A stretch of 64,000 nt of DNA from Octopus sinensis. Taxonomy: Eukaryota. The position numbers and the translations under genes were made by a program. Below are positions 1 to 13,210 of this stretch, in pieces. The stretch is taken from the NCBI RefSeq assembly GCF_006345805.1, contig NC_043000.1, positions 86,738,001 through 86,802,000 of the forward strand. Reading direction: 5' to 3'. The notes under the pieces were generated by a model. The model searched no databases. It saw nothing but the letters and a program-made list of their open reading frames with translations, and was not told the DNA's origin. Each line of letters starts with the position of its first letter. Position 1 is the first letter of the stretch.

Positions 1-3000
1 AAAATAAAATAGCAATTGTTTTAAATTTAAAATGTACAATTCATTTAAATCTATGCCTATTTGGGTTGTCAGCAACAAAATGAATAAATAAGCTTATTAT
101 TTTTAGATAGTTTTGTTCAAATATTCTATATTTGGTATAAAATATGTTACTTCTTATTGATGTGCAACAGAATGCAGTTTTTGATTTTTCAAATTTCTGT
201 TGAAATTGTAACCTAAATAATTGAAATCTTTAATTAACTGAGAGAGGTGTCATACAATTCTTTTAACAATGTAATTGTAATAATCTTGAAGTGTCAGTTA
301 GGATTGCATAATGGTGAGAGTACTTGTTTATTGCTGCCCCTGTTAAAAGCTGTGTCAAATAAAAGAAACATATCTACAAATCTAAGTAGTTTAAAACTCA
401 CCATTGAACATGTTATTATTAGCCACAAAAATTACTTCAAATTTCAGTTGAAAAATGAGAAAATGAGAACCATATATTGGAGTGCTTTTAGATATTTTTG
501 CATAAGGTTCTTCCATTATCTTCTGTCAGTCTAAGTCTAGGTTAATTGTTGCTTTAATTTTATGACTAAGGAATTCTAAGGGTCATATATCTAATTGGAT
601 CAAGATGGTTTAGGATTATTATTAGTTCCAGTTTGTCAGAAATCAAGTGGTTGCAGAATTTATTGGCTTAAGTGTCACCTCATAACTAGTTTTTAGTGGA
701 TGTGCTTGTATCTTCCTATATAATGTTTACATATGTGTGTGTGTGTATATTTATCTCCTGCAATTCTTCAGCTCAATGTACAAACACCATTGGAATAATA
801 TAATTTCCTTGAAAATAATAAGGATTAACATCAGCAAGAGCATCTAGCCATAAGAATATTCTCTCATGAAATTTTGCCAAACCCATTGCTAGCATTGAAA
901 AAACAAAACATAAGAACTAAAAAAGCTGAAAAAGATTATGATGGTGATATGCTGTTACATTGCGTTTTGCTTTATCATTTTGTAATATATTATTGGATAT
1001 CATTTTTTCATCATGTATCCACCAGTCATCTATTTCTACATAAATTCTCAAAACTCTTCATTAGTACCTCTTCTAGATTTAGTCAAAGTTCTTATGAAAT
1101 ATTTATATTTCACTTCTTGATTGCTATTCTAATAAATTCTATTAATATTTCTCAATCTTTTCATAATAGTTGATATACAAAGAAAAAAAAACAGGAAAAG
1201 AACATAAAATATTTGTTTTCTTGGTTGATCGATCAATCTGTCTGTTAAGATATAATATTCCAATTAGATGTTCTTAATAGATATATTGGTTTCTACAGTT
1301 CTTACTTGAAATGGTTTTGTTCTTTCTCAAAGAAAAACTAAATTTCAAAGATTAATTTTATTTCAGCATTCAGTATTTATTGTCATTAAGAAATATACCC
1401 TTTTTTTGAAGTTGATTTCACTTTGCTGCTAATCTACAAAAAAATCTACAAGATTTTTTTAAATATTTTGCTTTTAAATATAATTTTCTTATGTTGCTGT
1501 CTATTTCCTAGTAAAATGAGGCATTCATAGATTGTTTTATTACCTTGTTTCTCTCAGTAATTATTATAATTATTGTAATCAGAATATATTTTATGCAGGA
1601 TTGTATGTTCAATCTTGTATGATTGTCAGATTTCATGGATGAGATGTTGTTCTTTTTATTTCAATGGTTTGTTTATAATTCTAACTACATTTAGGTGAGT
1701 TTCAAAAATATGACTAATTTGAATTGTGTCTACATCCTGAAAGTTCTTGTGGTTAAATATCCAGATTTAACAGAATATAACAGGAATATATTTCTCATAG
1801 GTTTTACTTCCTTATTAAATCTTCCAATTAAAACAAATCCTTGCTTCTAAATCTGGAATCTGTAGAGTCATGATGCATGAGATTTTTTTGGATTCACTCT
1901 GCTTCTCACCCTTCCTGCCATTTCTCTCTTTCTCTGTATATATCTCTATCTCTCACTCTCACCTTTCACCTCTCTATCACCTATAATAAGCAGAATGGTG
2001 CTTAGGTTTTTTAAAATGTTCATAAATAGTTTCTAATTTAAAAAAAGCCCACTGGCTGCTCTATTAATAATAAATATGCATTGTTTAGTAGATCCACCAC
2101 ATTAGAATTTATTTAACATAGAACAGTCATAGTAAAAAATAGCTTTTTTGATGTTATTTTACCATGTGGTGTTATGTGCATATATCTGAAACTTTATACC
2201 TTCAAGATAACATCTTTGAAAGCCATTTATTTTATTGATCAATTTTGCTTCAACTTACATTTAGAATGGTGTTTTATCTATCTGTTTTTCTTGTTATACT
2301 ATGTCAGATTTATTTATTATATCTTTCTTTCTACCTTACTACCATATCATTTGTGTGTGTGTGTGTGTCTTCCCCTCTCCTTAAAGATCCCATACTAAAC
2401 ATCCAGTTGCTATTTGATAAATTAAGAAAATCTGTACTTGTTTTCTTTAGTTTTGTTATAGTGATGTTGGTTTCTTTAAAATACAAATAGTAGATCAATT
2501 TATAAAATTGAAGATGACAACATGACAGGCAAACTGAAATTTAGTCGGGTTTTTTTGGGGGGTTTTTTTGGTATGAAATTACTGTTAAAATTGATCTGCT
2601 GGTTAAAATTTTAGATTGGTACAAATAACATTTTTAAAGATTAATTATTCTAATAGATTAACTTTTAACTGCTCTGATTTACTGTTTCATTCTCAAGTTC
2701 TGTTCATTTATTTCAAAATTACTTGTAGTTTACTTTTACTGAAGTAACTGAATTACAAACAGCATTGTTTCACATATATGTGTGTATGTGTATTTTACAA
2801 TACTGCTCTCAATAGTTTCATAACCACTCAGAACAGTTTTATAAACTCTTTACCTGCTATGCTTCTATTTAATGAATTTAATATTCATTTATGGTTTGAC
2901 TTTTGTTGCTGCTTTTAAAATTTAGTATATTTATAAACCTTTAAATTTAAAGTAATAATTTCCATTATTTACAAAATAAAACAATCTTTTTATTCTTTTC

Positions 3001-6000
3001 ATTACTGTTTAGCTTCTTCAAAAACTTTACTCTTTTTAGACACTAGCATATTTTAAGAAATCTACTCTTTCTACAAGGCAGAATATATTTTTTATGGGAA
3101 AAACAAATTTTAGCCTAAAATTTGTGTTTATTGAAATAAAAATAAATCATTGATTATCTGTTCGTAATATGTTCCAAAAGTTCCAACCAAATTTATTTTC
3201 ACTTCAATTTCTTTGGCATACACTGTTATAAAACTGAAGCAGTTATGTAAACCTAACTACAGTTATGATATAAGCTCTCATTTTGAGGCCGTCTAACAAG
3301 CTTTATGGCTAAGATTTTCATTTTTCTTGTCTTTTATTACATGCTTTCATGAACAATAGCCTATTTGAACATTTGAGATCAAAGTATGGTCCAGTGGGAA
3401 ATTAATAATTTACTGCATTATTGACCGTAGGGATGTCAAAAAGTGCTTCTTCCTGTCCAATGTGTGGGACCTTGGCATTAGGCACTGAGCAGGCTTTTAC
3501 AGATGTAAAAATATAATTTTCATATAGTGTATTTCATGCTATAGTCATAGTTCTGATGGGCAACAGCTTTTGTGCATTTTACAAAATACTGTTATTGCAG
3601 TAACTTACCTCCTGTTGGGCAAGTTTTTTTTTGGAACCATCTGTTTCATCAGCTGCTCAGATCCTGAAAGTCTGTTTTGAACTGAAATGAGTTAGTAGAG
3701 TATGCTATATGAAATATTAAATCAAAATAAACATACATATTCCATGATGTTTTTAGACTTGCACTTCAGAAACAGTGGCTCTTCCTTCACTATGCAACTT
3801 AGCAATTTTGCATGGCACCCTAAGCCTCTGTGCAGCTGTAATAAAAAGATATCTTCTATATCAGCTTACTGGCTCTAGTAACATCTAGAATCTTAATATA
3901 CTTTTAAAACCAGCTTATAATTTCTGAAGTATTGTTCAAGATTTTGTTGATTTCTTTTCTTTGACAAATCTATTATCATCATGTTGACTTTCCAACTTAT
4001 GTATTAGTGAAATTCATTTGTGATATTTCTAAATTGTTAAATCCAATATAGTTTTATAGATCTTATTAATTCACTAATTTCTTCTGTAATCATTATATTA
4101 GATTTCCTCTTCCTTTCTTTATAATCTTTTGTCAGTGAACTTGTGCTACTTTTTCCATTTGACATATTTAAATTATTATTTTTCAAATGTTTTTCCTGTT
4201 TATAGATCTAATTAACTAATTTTGTGTTTTATTTTTAAAAACTCTTTTTGAATGTCAACATAAATTTAGGCATTAGAAATTTGATTAATCAGAAATCTTA
4301 ACAAATGAGCTTGTGGTGGAATTTTATCATCTGCTTTTTCTAGGAAAACCTGAACTCCTTAATCTGCTTGTTGTTGTTGTGTTGCTTCTCCCATGCATGA
4401 AATCCTGCTAAACTTACCCATTCTGTTGCATTTGCTTATACTGCATAAGTAGTTTCCTCCTCTTCTTTTCCTTTATCAATTTGAAAGCCAGTTTATTTTG
4501 TGTTTAAAGCCAATTATATAAATTTATTTAGAGCTTTGCTTAGAAGGTAATTTTTGTCATAATCAACAGAAAATTTTTAAATTTAGAAATATAATTATTA
4601 ACTTCTCTTTACTAGTTTGTGTGTAAGAAAGATACTGTTGTTGAGTTTCATTCTTATGAAAAATATATAAGTTTAGCCATAATTTCTTTCTTTTGTTTTG
4701 TTATTTTTTTCCCAAAATTTTGTAAAATTAATTCCTTCAATTTTAACAGTATTTCAAGGAACCTAGTTAATGATTTTTAATCCAAATTAATGGTACTTAG
4801 TTAAATGATACTAACATGTTTAGCATGCTTGATTTTAACTTCTATTTGCTTTACTGTATGGTTACACTATTAAAATATTGAGAGAAAGTTTATTAAAAGT
4901 TCAATTTTTTTCTTATTTTGCCACATAAGACTAGAAATGAAATTAGAATTTTTTTTTTTAATTGCATTAATTGTATTTTGTATTTATCTGATTGCTTATT
5001 TAAAATTGGAGCTGAATATGTTTAATCTTCCACTGAAATCTCATCTCTGCATCAGAATCTTCGAATTAGCATTTATTTCTACTTTAACTAAAATTCTCTT
5101 ATTATATATGTGATTTAATGAAACTTATAATTGTTTCTTTCTTTTTTTATTTATTTCCTTAATATACTGTCATACATTCCTAATACTCTGCTTATTGTTA
5201 TTATTGCGACAAATTTTTGTTTATTTTTTTTTGTCTCTATCAAAGATTTATGGTAAATTCTTGTGTATTAGGTACATTACGATGTATTCAATTACATTTC
5301 TAGAGATTTAGTTAGATTTTAATTTGAAATTTAAAAGGTATTTTAAGCATCTAATATTTTTAGAAAATTGTTTTGTTTGATTTTTTTGTTTCTTTGATAT
5401 TAAACTTGTTAATCATTTTATGCATTGACTATCTGTTAAAAGCTTCAAGCTTCCAAAGATTTAGTACATGGTTGAATTTTTAATAAGTTTTCTCTCAATT
5501 CAATTAAAACTGAAGACATATTGCTTCTTTTAACACTTGAAGAAGTCATCAGGAAAACTTGATCTACTGGGTTTTTTTTTTTAAGTTTCAAATAAAACCA
5601 ATAATTTCTTCTAATGTATTTAGATGATTGAATATGTATGGTGTGTACATAACTGTGTGTAATGAGAGAGAGTGGTGTGAGTGTATGCATTCAATACAAG
5701 AAACTAATAAACTGCTTTGTCAATTTTAAGACACTGTCAGAACTTAGGGATGGTGGCAGGTTCTACCCTTTCAAACAAATTTATTACTAGATTGACTGGC
5801 CCTTTCACTGTTGGGTTTCCCCTTCTATAGATGTGGCACAATACTGATGAAACAATATAAACTATGGATGTCTTTTCTTCTCCATCAACTTGACTATTTG
5901 TACACTCTGCATACAGATAGAAAATAATCATTTGAATAATAAATAGTGATACTCAGTTATGATTCAAGAGGCATCCGCTTCTAATAAAATATACACACTC

Positions 6001-6080
6001 TGCTTTACATTTTGGATACTTTTACTCTGTCTTTGTGTTAGCATAAGCATTCACCTACATATATATATATGTATGTGTGT

Positions 6081-6336
6081 GTGGAGACACGTGGCTAAGT
6101 GGTTAGGGTGTCAGCATCATGATTGTAAGATTGTGGTTTCGATTCCTGGACCAAGTGATGTCTTGTGTTCTTGAGCAAAACACTTCATTTCATGTTGCTC
6201 CAGTCCACTCAGCTGGCAAAAATGAATAACGCTGCGATGGACTGGCATCCAGTCCAGCTGGGGAACACATACGCCATTGAAACCGGGAAACCAGGCCCAT
6301 TAGCCTGGCTAGGCTTTAAAAGGGCACATTTATTTA
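6081..6336 (+). mobile_element. tRNA-derived SINE, copy 1 of a head-to-tail pair
   Basis: Pol III A box TGGCTAAGTGG, B-box-like GGTTTCGATTCC, CORE-like CTTGAGCAAAACACTT; repeated immediately downstream. Confidence 0.85.
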
Positions 6337-6588
6337 GTGGAGGTGTATGGTTTAGTGGTTAGGGTGTCAGCATCATGATCGTAAGATTGTGGCTTCGATT
6401 CCTGGACTGGATGACACATTGTGTTCTTGAGCAAAACACTTCATTTCACATTGCTCCAGTCCACTCAACTGGCAAAAATGAGTAACACTGCGATGGACTG
6501 ACGTCCCGTCCAGCTGGGGAACACATATGCCTTAGAAACCAGGAAACCGGGCCCATGAGCCTGGCTAGGCTTTAAAAGGGTGCATTTA
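6337..6588 (+). mobile_element. tRNA-derived SINE, copy 2 of a head-to-tail pair
   Basis: Colinear and highly similar to 6081-6336. Confidence 0.85.
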
Positions 6589-6599
6589 TATATATATAT

Positions 6600-6900
6600 G
6601 CATGGTTGTGTGCTTAAGTAATTTGATTCACAACTGCATTGTTTAAGGTTCTGTCCCACTGCATGACAGCTTGGGAATGTCTTCTGATATAGCCTTGGGC
6701 TGACCAGTACTTTGTGAGCAAATGTGATAAATGGAAACTATATGGAAGCCTCTGTGTGTGTCCATGTCTGTATAAGTGTGCATCTCTTAGTGTTTATCTC
6801 TCACTGCTTCACAACCTTTGTTGATTTTGTTATTAAATGATTTGGCAGAGAGATTGATAAATCTTAAGTGAGAATTAGGATCTATTTGACTGATCTATTT
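6600..6900 (+). mobile_element. Decayed SINE of the family typified by 49509-49910
   Basis: Shares GTCCCACTGCATG, CCTTGGGCTGACC and GGAAACT...GAAGCC segments with 47907-48252 and 49509-49910. Confidence 0.7.
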
Positions 6901-7477
6901 GACACACAAATCATCCATGAGGAAAGCATCTCATGCTTGCTAGCGATAGCTGTTAAATATCCTTCTGAAAGTGGGGTATAGTATGAGACACAATGCTGAT
7001 AAAAAGATAAGGATAACTAAGCTGGGAACTTTGTTGTCATAGATCTACTGGGTCAAGGCTGATTTATGTCAAAACAATAACACAGTTAATTATGTATGGT
7101 CATGAGGTTAAGAACCTCACTTTGCAATCACATACTGCCTTTGGCAGGTGTCTTATATCATAGCTTTAAATCAACCCAAGCTTTGTGAATGAAACTGAGT
7201 AGACAAAGACTGTAGAGAAATCTACCAGCTGGACAATAGCTGTAATTTTTAGATTCATTTTTATCACAGAGGTTGAATATTCCTGGCCATTACAGAAGTA
7301 GTAGCTGTGGAAAGCATAACTATTTACATTGTAGGTCAATGAGTATACATGTAGGTTGATTGTATGATTGAAACCTTTATCCATTGAAATCAACACAACC
7401 TTAATTTTGTGTGTGTGTGGAGAGAGAGAGAGATTATATGTGTCTTACATATATACATACACTCACACAAATACAAT

Positions 7478-7592
7478 GGCTTCTTTCAGTTTTGTCTACA
7501 AAATCCTCTCACAAGCTTTTGGTCAGCTGGGAACTATAGTAGAAGGCAGTTGCACCAAGGTGCCATGTGGTTGGGAAACAAACTTGACCATG
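7478..7592 (-). mobile_element. SINE 5' half, reverse orientation
   Basis: GGCTTCTTTCAGTTTTGTCTAC...CAAGGTGCCATGTGGTTGGGAA is the reverse complement of the 49509 family head. Confidence 0.75.
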
Positions 7593-7596
7593 CTTG

Positions 7597-8105
<509 letters not shown>

Positions 8106-8126
8106 CACACACATATTCCAAAACTA

Positions 8127-9550
8127 GGTGAAGCCCCTAGCAACACATTTAAATATAGCTGATCAAGTTGAATGCCTCAAATCAGACAGACATTATATAG
8201 CATAGGACCAGGGGAGCAGTTTCATGACTAATAGAAAATATAAGCCTATTAACCTAAGAATAGACACAAATAAAACACACAAACTTATTGCAATGGAATT
8301 GTATCAGCTCTACTAAGTGGTTAGGAGTATCAAAGATAAATTCAATTGCAGATTCATATGATTCAATATTGCTGAGTTGTAGCCATGCCTTTCTAAAAGT
8401 TTTCTTCTGAAGGTTCTAGAATTAGAAAAGCATGCATTGTAAGAAATTCAAGGAAATCATTATTTTATATCTAATTCTTTCTGGTTTAACATGGAAATGA
8501 GCTTTTCGGTGTATTTATGTGTAGCTACAATGAAGCAAAATATTAGGATTTGCTCAATTTATGCATTCTACATACACTACAAACCAGACCTAGGCTTACA
8601 AGTATAGAATTTCACAGAGACAATATGTGACATGGAGAGGGGAAGGAATTTGAATTTAAAAATTATGGTAGAGAACTGAAGATTATAAACTTCCCAGATA
8701 CAATATTAAACCTATACACCAGCAAATGCCATGCTTGCACAAACCTACATTATATAGAATTCAGAGCATCCACCCAAGATCATACAGCACATCATGGGTA
8801 TTATTTACAGATTTATATCATTAAACCAAGAAATATTTAGAAACGCTGCCTCACACAACAAATGAGTTCTAATAGTGGTTTTAATACCAAGCTAAAATAG
8901 TCACTGACAATAAATAACACCAAATGCAAAAACAGGAAAATTATTTGGTTTAATCCCCCGATAGTTCTAATGTATTCATAAATATAGTAAAACTCACTCT
9001 TATAGTAATCAGTACACACTTCCCTGCTTCACACAGATATCAAAAGAAAATCTACAACAAAAAATGTTGCTAGGCCCCAGTTATAGATGTATGGAGAACA
9101 TAGACTTACAAATATCTTAGCAATTAAAATCTATAAACAGCAGGTAGACAACTCAAAACTAATATAATTTCAGTGATACAATTAGGTATTCTATTGAAGG
9201 AAAATGCTTGCCAAATGAAATAATGTACAGACCAGGGTAGAATCAATTAAACACAATAAAAACTTACATCAGGTTAACTGAAAATAACTTTAAGGCTAGA
9301 TTTGTGCCACATACCCATTTATTTAGTTCCAGAAATAAGTATAGTGTAAGATTACTTTTAAAATGTTTCTTGAAAGACAAAACAAACTTCACAGTAAAAC
9401 TGAGTATTGTTTCAAAGACATATACTAACTGTAAGAGCTGGAGCCAACAATGTGCAACTGAAAAACTCAACATTTCGACCAGCTGGCTGTCTTAAACAGG
9501 AGAAAAGAAATCTTGTCATGTCTCTCTACAAAAAATTCAAACCATTATAT
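8127..9550 (+). mobile_element. Decayed Penelope-like retroelement (RT + GIY-YIG endonuclease)
   Basis: Remnants appear in the expected order: CRFI*FNIAEL*PCLS, LFGVFMCSYNEA, HPPKII, RKIIWFNPP, IEGKCLPNEIMY, KTYIRLTENNFKARF, CATEKLNI. Many stops and frameshifts. Confidence 0.85.
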
Positions 9551-10029
9551 TCCTGTACATCTTGAACATGTATTCCTTACATGTGACTCGCTTGATTTGT
9601 GTTAAGCCAATGAAATGGTTCTCAATGCTATCTTGAATAAAAGCACATTTTTCCCTACTGACCAATCAGTATTTCCATCTGCTTAATCAAATATGAAATT
9701 TGAAGAAACTACAAACATCATTAGCTGAATATTGTGTAGTTTGGTGTTGGACTCACAATCCAGTTCATGGGAATTTGGTCTACTAGAAACTAATAGAAAA
9801 TTCCTTGAAATTTAGCCTACTAAAAACAGCCAGCTATATCAAATAATGCTTTTCTACCGTACAAAATGGAAGAACTCATTAAGTGATGTAATCATAGTTT
9901 ATATCTTGGATAAAAAAAACAGCTAGGAGGTCTATGGTAGATCTGCTTGATAAAGCCTCAGCCCACCTACATGGATATATGTACCAACTAATGTGTGTGT
10001 GTACATATATACATGTATGTATAAATGTG

Positions 10030-10062
<33 letters not shown>

Positions 10063-10199
10063 GTACATATGTTTATATATCTGTGTGTAAATATATATGT
10101 ATGTATGTGTGTATGTATGTATGCATATATATATGCCATATATGTTGTTGAACTCTCACATTGCTTCAATGAATGAGAGTTCAACAAGATACAAATGAA

Positions 10200-10730
10200 A
10201 AAAACAACCATTGCCCCAGGGCTACCTGTGTGGAGGGTCAAAGCTGAAAACTTCTAATAGCATCTCTGTCTGTCCCCATTGCCTTTTTCCCTCTCACCAA
10301 TGGACTTATTAAAGTGTGTTGCTATCGGTGCTAGTGTCTTGGTTTGCTGAACAGCCTTGCACAATGAATATTGTAATGAGCATGGCTTGTGCAGAGTCAG
10401 TCCCACGTTCTCATTCTTTAAACTTATGTTGGTCTGGTGCCACAAACTCAGTACTTATCAGGAAGCAGGATTTATGTGAAGTAGCTTTATCTTAGATAAG
10501 CAGCTAGAAGCTGATGGGTCTCATCTGCCCTGGGTCCATTAGGGTGTCTTTGAATGACCTTCCAGGGGCAATTTCATGATATGTTAATTAACCCACAGTT
10601 GGGATTCCAGTAAGTGCTACTTCTCTTCTTTGCAATTGATTCCAAATTCAATGTCCACACTTCGCAAATGCCTTCTACTCTAGCATCAGGTTGACCAAAG
10701 TTTTCACTGCACTTTTACAAAGACCTGCTA
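10200..10730 (+). mobile_element. Probable 5' region of a non-LTR retrotransposon (RTE-like)
   Basis: GC-richer block ending in IDSKFNVHTSQM, reminiscent of the endonuclease start (T.NV.TL); weak. Confidence 0.3.
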
Positions 10731-11380
10731 TATGTTTGTACATGTGTATGTGTGCAACAGTATAATGAATATTAACAGAGAACTGTTGATTTCCATGTAA
10801 AATGCCAAATTAGTTTGTCCCTTTTGCAATCCTGCAAAACTCCACTGTATCTAAATTCCTGAGTAATAGTAAGATACCTTGATACAAAAGAAATAAGGAT
10901 CACTAAATATGTATATGTGAACCTCTATCTCTCTAATATATATGTATCGTGTGTACACATACACACAATTCTTGTATTCTTTCACTGGTTTCAATCCCTA
11001 AATGGTGGTGATACTGGAGCACCACCTTCAAGATTTTATCTATCGCATTTGACCTAGCTCTTTCCCTGGTCCTTTTATCACTGTTGTAAGGGATAAAAAT
11101 TAAAATGTACTTGGTTTCAAGGAAAATGACTTAAGCCAGAATTCAGGTTTCTTTTCTTTTTTTTTCTTTTTGCTTCACTGATATACATGTTCACCCCACA
11201 CTGTTACCTATACATGCATATGTGCAGTAGGAAAGGCATCCAGTTATAGAAACTATGCCAAAATTGAGACATTGAAACAAGAATACTGGATCCTGTCAAA
11301 GCATCTCACCCATGCCAGTACAGAAAACAGATGTAAAAATGATGTTATATGTTATATATTGTGTGTGTTTCTCTAATATA

Positions 11381-11452
<72 letters not shown>

Positions 11453-11597
11453 TATATATACATATCGACAAAAGATGCTAATGTTAGCAAGAAAACCAAT
11501 ACAGCAATAATTTGAAACAAAAATGCATTGAACGAGTGATTAGCTCTTTAAAAATTTGCACCAAACATTATTTACAAAATACAGTATAATATAGATT

Positions 11598-11880
11598 TAA
11601 GCACAATCATTGCTGTTAGGTTTAGAGGCTTACTTCACATTCTAGGTTCAATTATACTGTGCTTCACTTAGGGCAAGTGTCTTCTATTGTAACCTCAAGT
11701 TGACCTTTGATGTGAATGTGATAGCCTAAAATTCATGCAAAACCCATTGTACACATGTCAGTGTAGACTGTTACGCTAATTTACGCAATGTAGATTAATG
11801 AGTACTGAAGAGAATTAGATAGTGGAATTGATGTATCCCAACGTTGCTATAGTTCAATTGCTGAAAACCACTAAAAGAAG
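11598..11880 (+). mobile_element. Old SINE copy (49509 family)
   Basis: GGGCAAGTGTCTTCTATTGTAACCTC core and a degenerate tail ending CTGAAAACCACTAAAAGAA. Confidence 0.6.
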
Positions 11881-11940
11881 ATATATATATATATATATAT
11901 AAGAATGTTATGTCTAAATTAGTGTGTGCCTGTGAGTTAC

Positions 11941-12042
11941 AAAATTAATTTTGAATGGGACTTCCAAATTTCACCTGATGGCTTATTCAATATGTTTAAT
12001 GTGCTGCAAGGGGAAATTTGAAGTTCCAGTCAAAATAATTTT
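11941..12042. repeat. Imperfect inverted repeat (MITE-like relic)
   Basis: AAAATTAATTTTGAATGGGACTTCCAAATTTC vs the reverse complement of GAAATTTGAAGTTCCAGTCAAAATAATTTT. Confidence 0.7.
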
Positions 12043-12791
12043 ACAATATATCTTACTCTACTTTTAATACTGATTCATGGCACCACCCATCCTCTATCAG
12101 TAAATGTTCTGTTATTCTTCAAAAGTACTATAAAATAATAACCCTTAAAATTAATACCCTGTACTCCCGCACATGCATACATATACATAAACACACATTT
12201 ATTGATATATATGATCTTATAAATACATTAGAAAAATTGCTAAAAATTCTCTTGATAATATTGTTTCTGCTATTTTATTAGAGCATCAGCTTAAGTTTCA
12301 GTTGATTTTCTTGATGATTTCTTCATATATCAGCACTTCATACTATTTGCTTCGTATCAGGGCACAACGTTTACAAAGAGCAATAAAATTACTGATAGCT
12401 TACAAGAAATTAGTATTTTCTTAATAAACACTGAAATGTGCATGTACATGCTTGTATGCTGAATTGAAATAATAATTGAATGCAATGATTCTTAAAATTG
12501 CAGTAAAATATAATCTATTGAAAGCCCTTCTTGTAATTTTGACAAATATTCCACCAGAAATATTTTGAACATATTTTAGAGTTTTCCTCTATAATATTTG
12601 TACATGCGAAATTTCATATAAATTCTGTAACTATTTAGAATTAATGTAAAATGGAGATCTTTTCAAATTGAAATAAATAAATAAATATACAATATTTGGA
12701 GTCGAGTTAATACTAATTAGAAAATTAATGCAAGCTTGTCAACTGTTGTGCTCTGATTTTGTGTGGAAATCCAGGGCTGACTCCTATCTAG

Positions 12792-12836
12792 CACTAACCC
12801 TTATCTTTTTTGTCTTGTCCCTCTTTCTGTTTACAG
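12792..12836 (+). promoter_or_regulatory. 3' splice site (branch point, polypyrimidine tract, AG) of exon A
   Basis: CACTAAC followed by an almost pure pyrimidine run and TTACAG, directly before the convertase motif. Confidence 0.85.
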
Positions 12837-13210
12837 TTCAACCTGCTGTTTTGCTGGACTGGGTTCTAGTTTTGTATGGGACTGATAGACATCCCCAGCA
12901 AGTTCCCACCACTACTAGCACCAGCACGACTGCCGCACCAACTAGTAGTACCACCACAGCTCCTCCTTCTAACTATCCTCGTTCGGTTGCTGACAAAGCC
13001 AATCCTCGTGTTCCAGCGACTCCTAACTTTCCAGAATATAATCATAATATATTTAGGACGAACCTAAAGTCACCATATGCACGTCGTAAACCTCCACTGC
13101 ACAGGCACCACATGTGTATTTTTGAAACTCTTGCAAAACGGAACAACATATCGTCCATGCAGTATAGGCGAGCAGTAGGTAACTCTACCTCTGATGATGA
13201 CAAGTCATAA
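12837..13210 (+). CDS. furin: Alternative 3' coding exon A of a furin/kexin-like proprotein convertase (end of P domain + Thr/Ser/Pro-rich tail)
   Basis: Branch point CACTAAC (12792-12798), long pyrimidine tract and TTACAG acceptor ending at 12836. Phase-1 frame reads xQPAVLLDWVLVLYGTDRHPQQVPTTTSTSTTAAPTSSTTTAPP...DDDKS*. The W-x-L-x-x-x-G-T motif matches the terminal P-domain strand of furin/PACE4/PC5 (recalled). The exon is GC- and CpG-richer than its flanks. Exact paralogue uncertain. A possible internal donor TAG|GTAACT follows 13178. Confidence 0.85.

Noticed and set aside
1599-1694. 96-nt AG...GTGAGT-bounded frame open in phase 2 (IVCSILYDCQISWMRCC...)
   Set aside because: Weak pyrimidine tract, no convertase similarity and a phase incompatible with exons A and B; likely a pseudo-exon.
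6081-6160. tRNA gene
   Set aside because: A/B boxes are present but continue into a SINE body; no complete cloverleaf is evident.
12728-12836. ATG-initiated N-terminal extension of the 160-aa ORF that looks like a signal peptide
   Set aside because: The hydrophobic residues come from the branch point and polypyrimidine tract, so the sequence is intronic. The same applies to 45712-45781.
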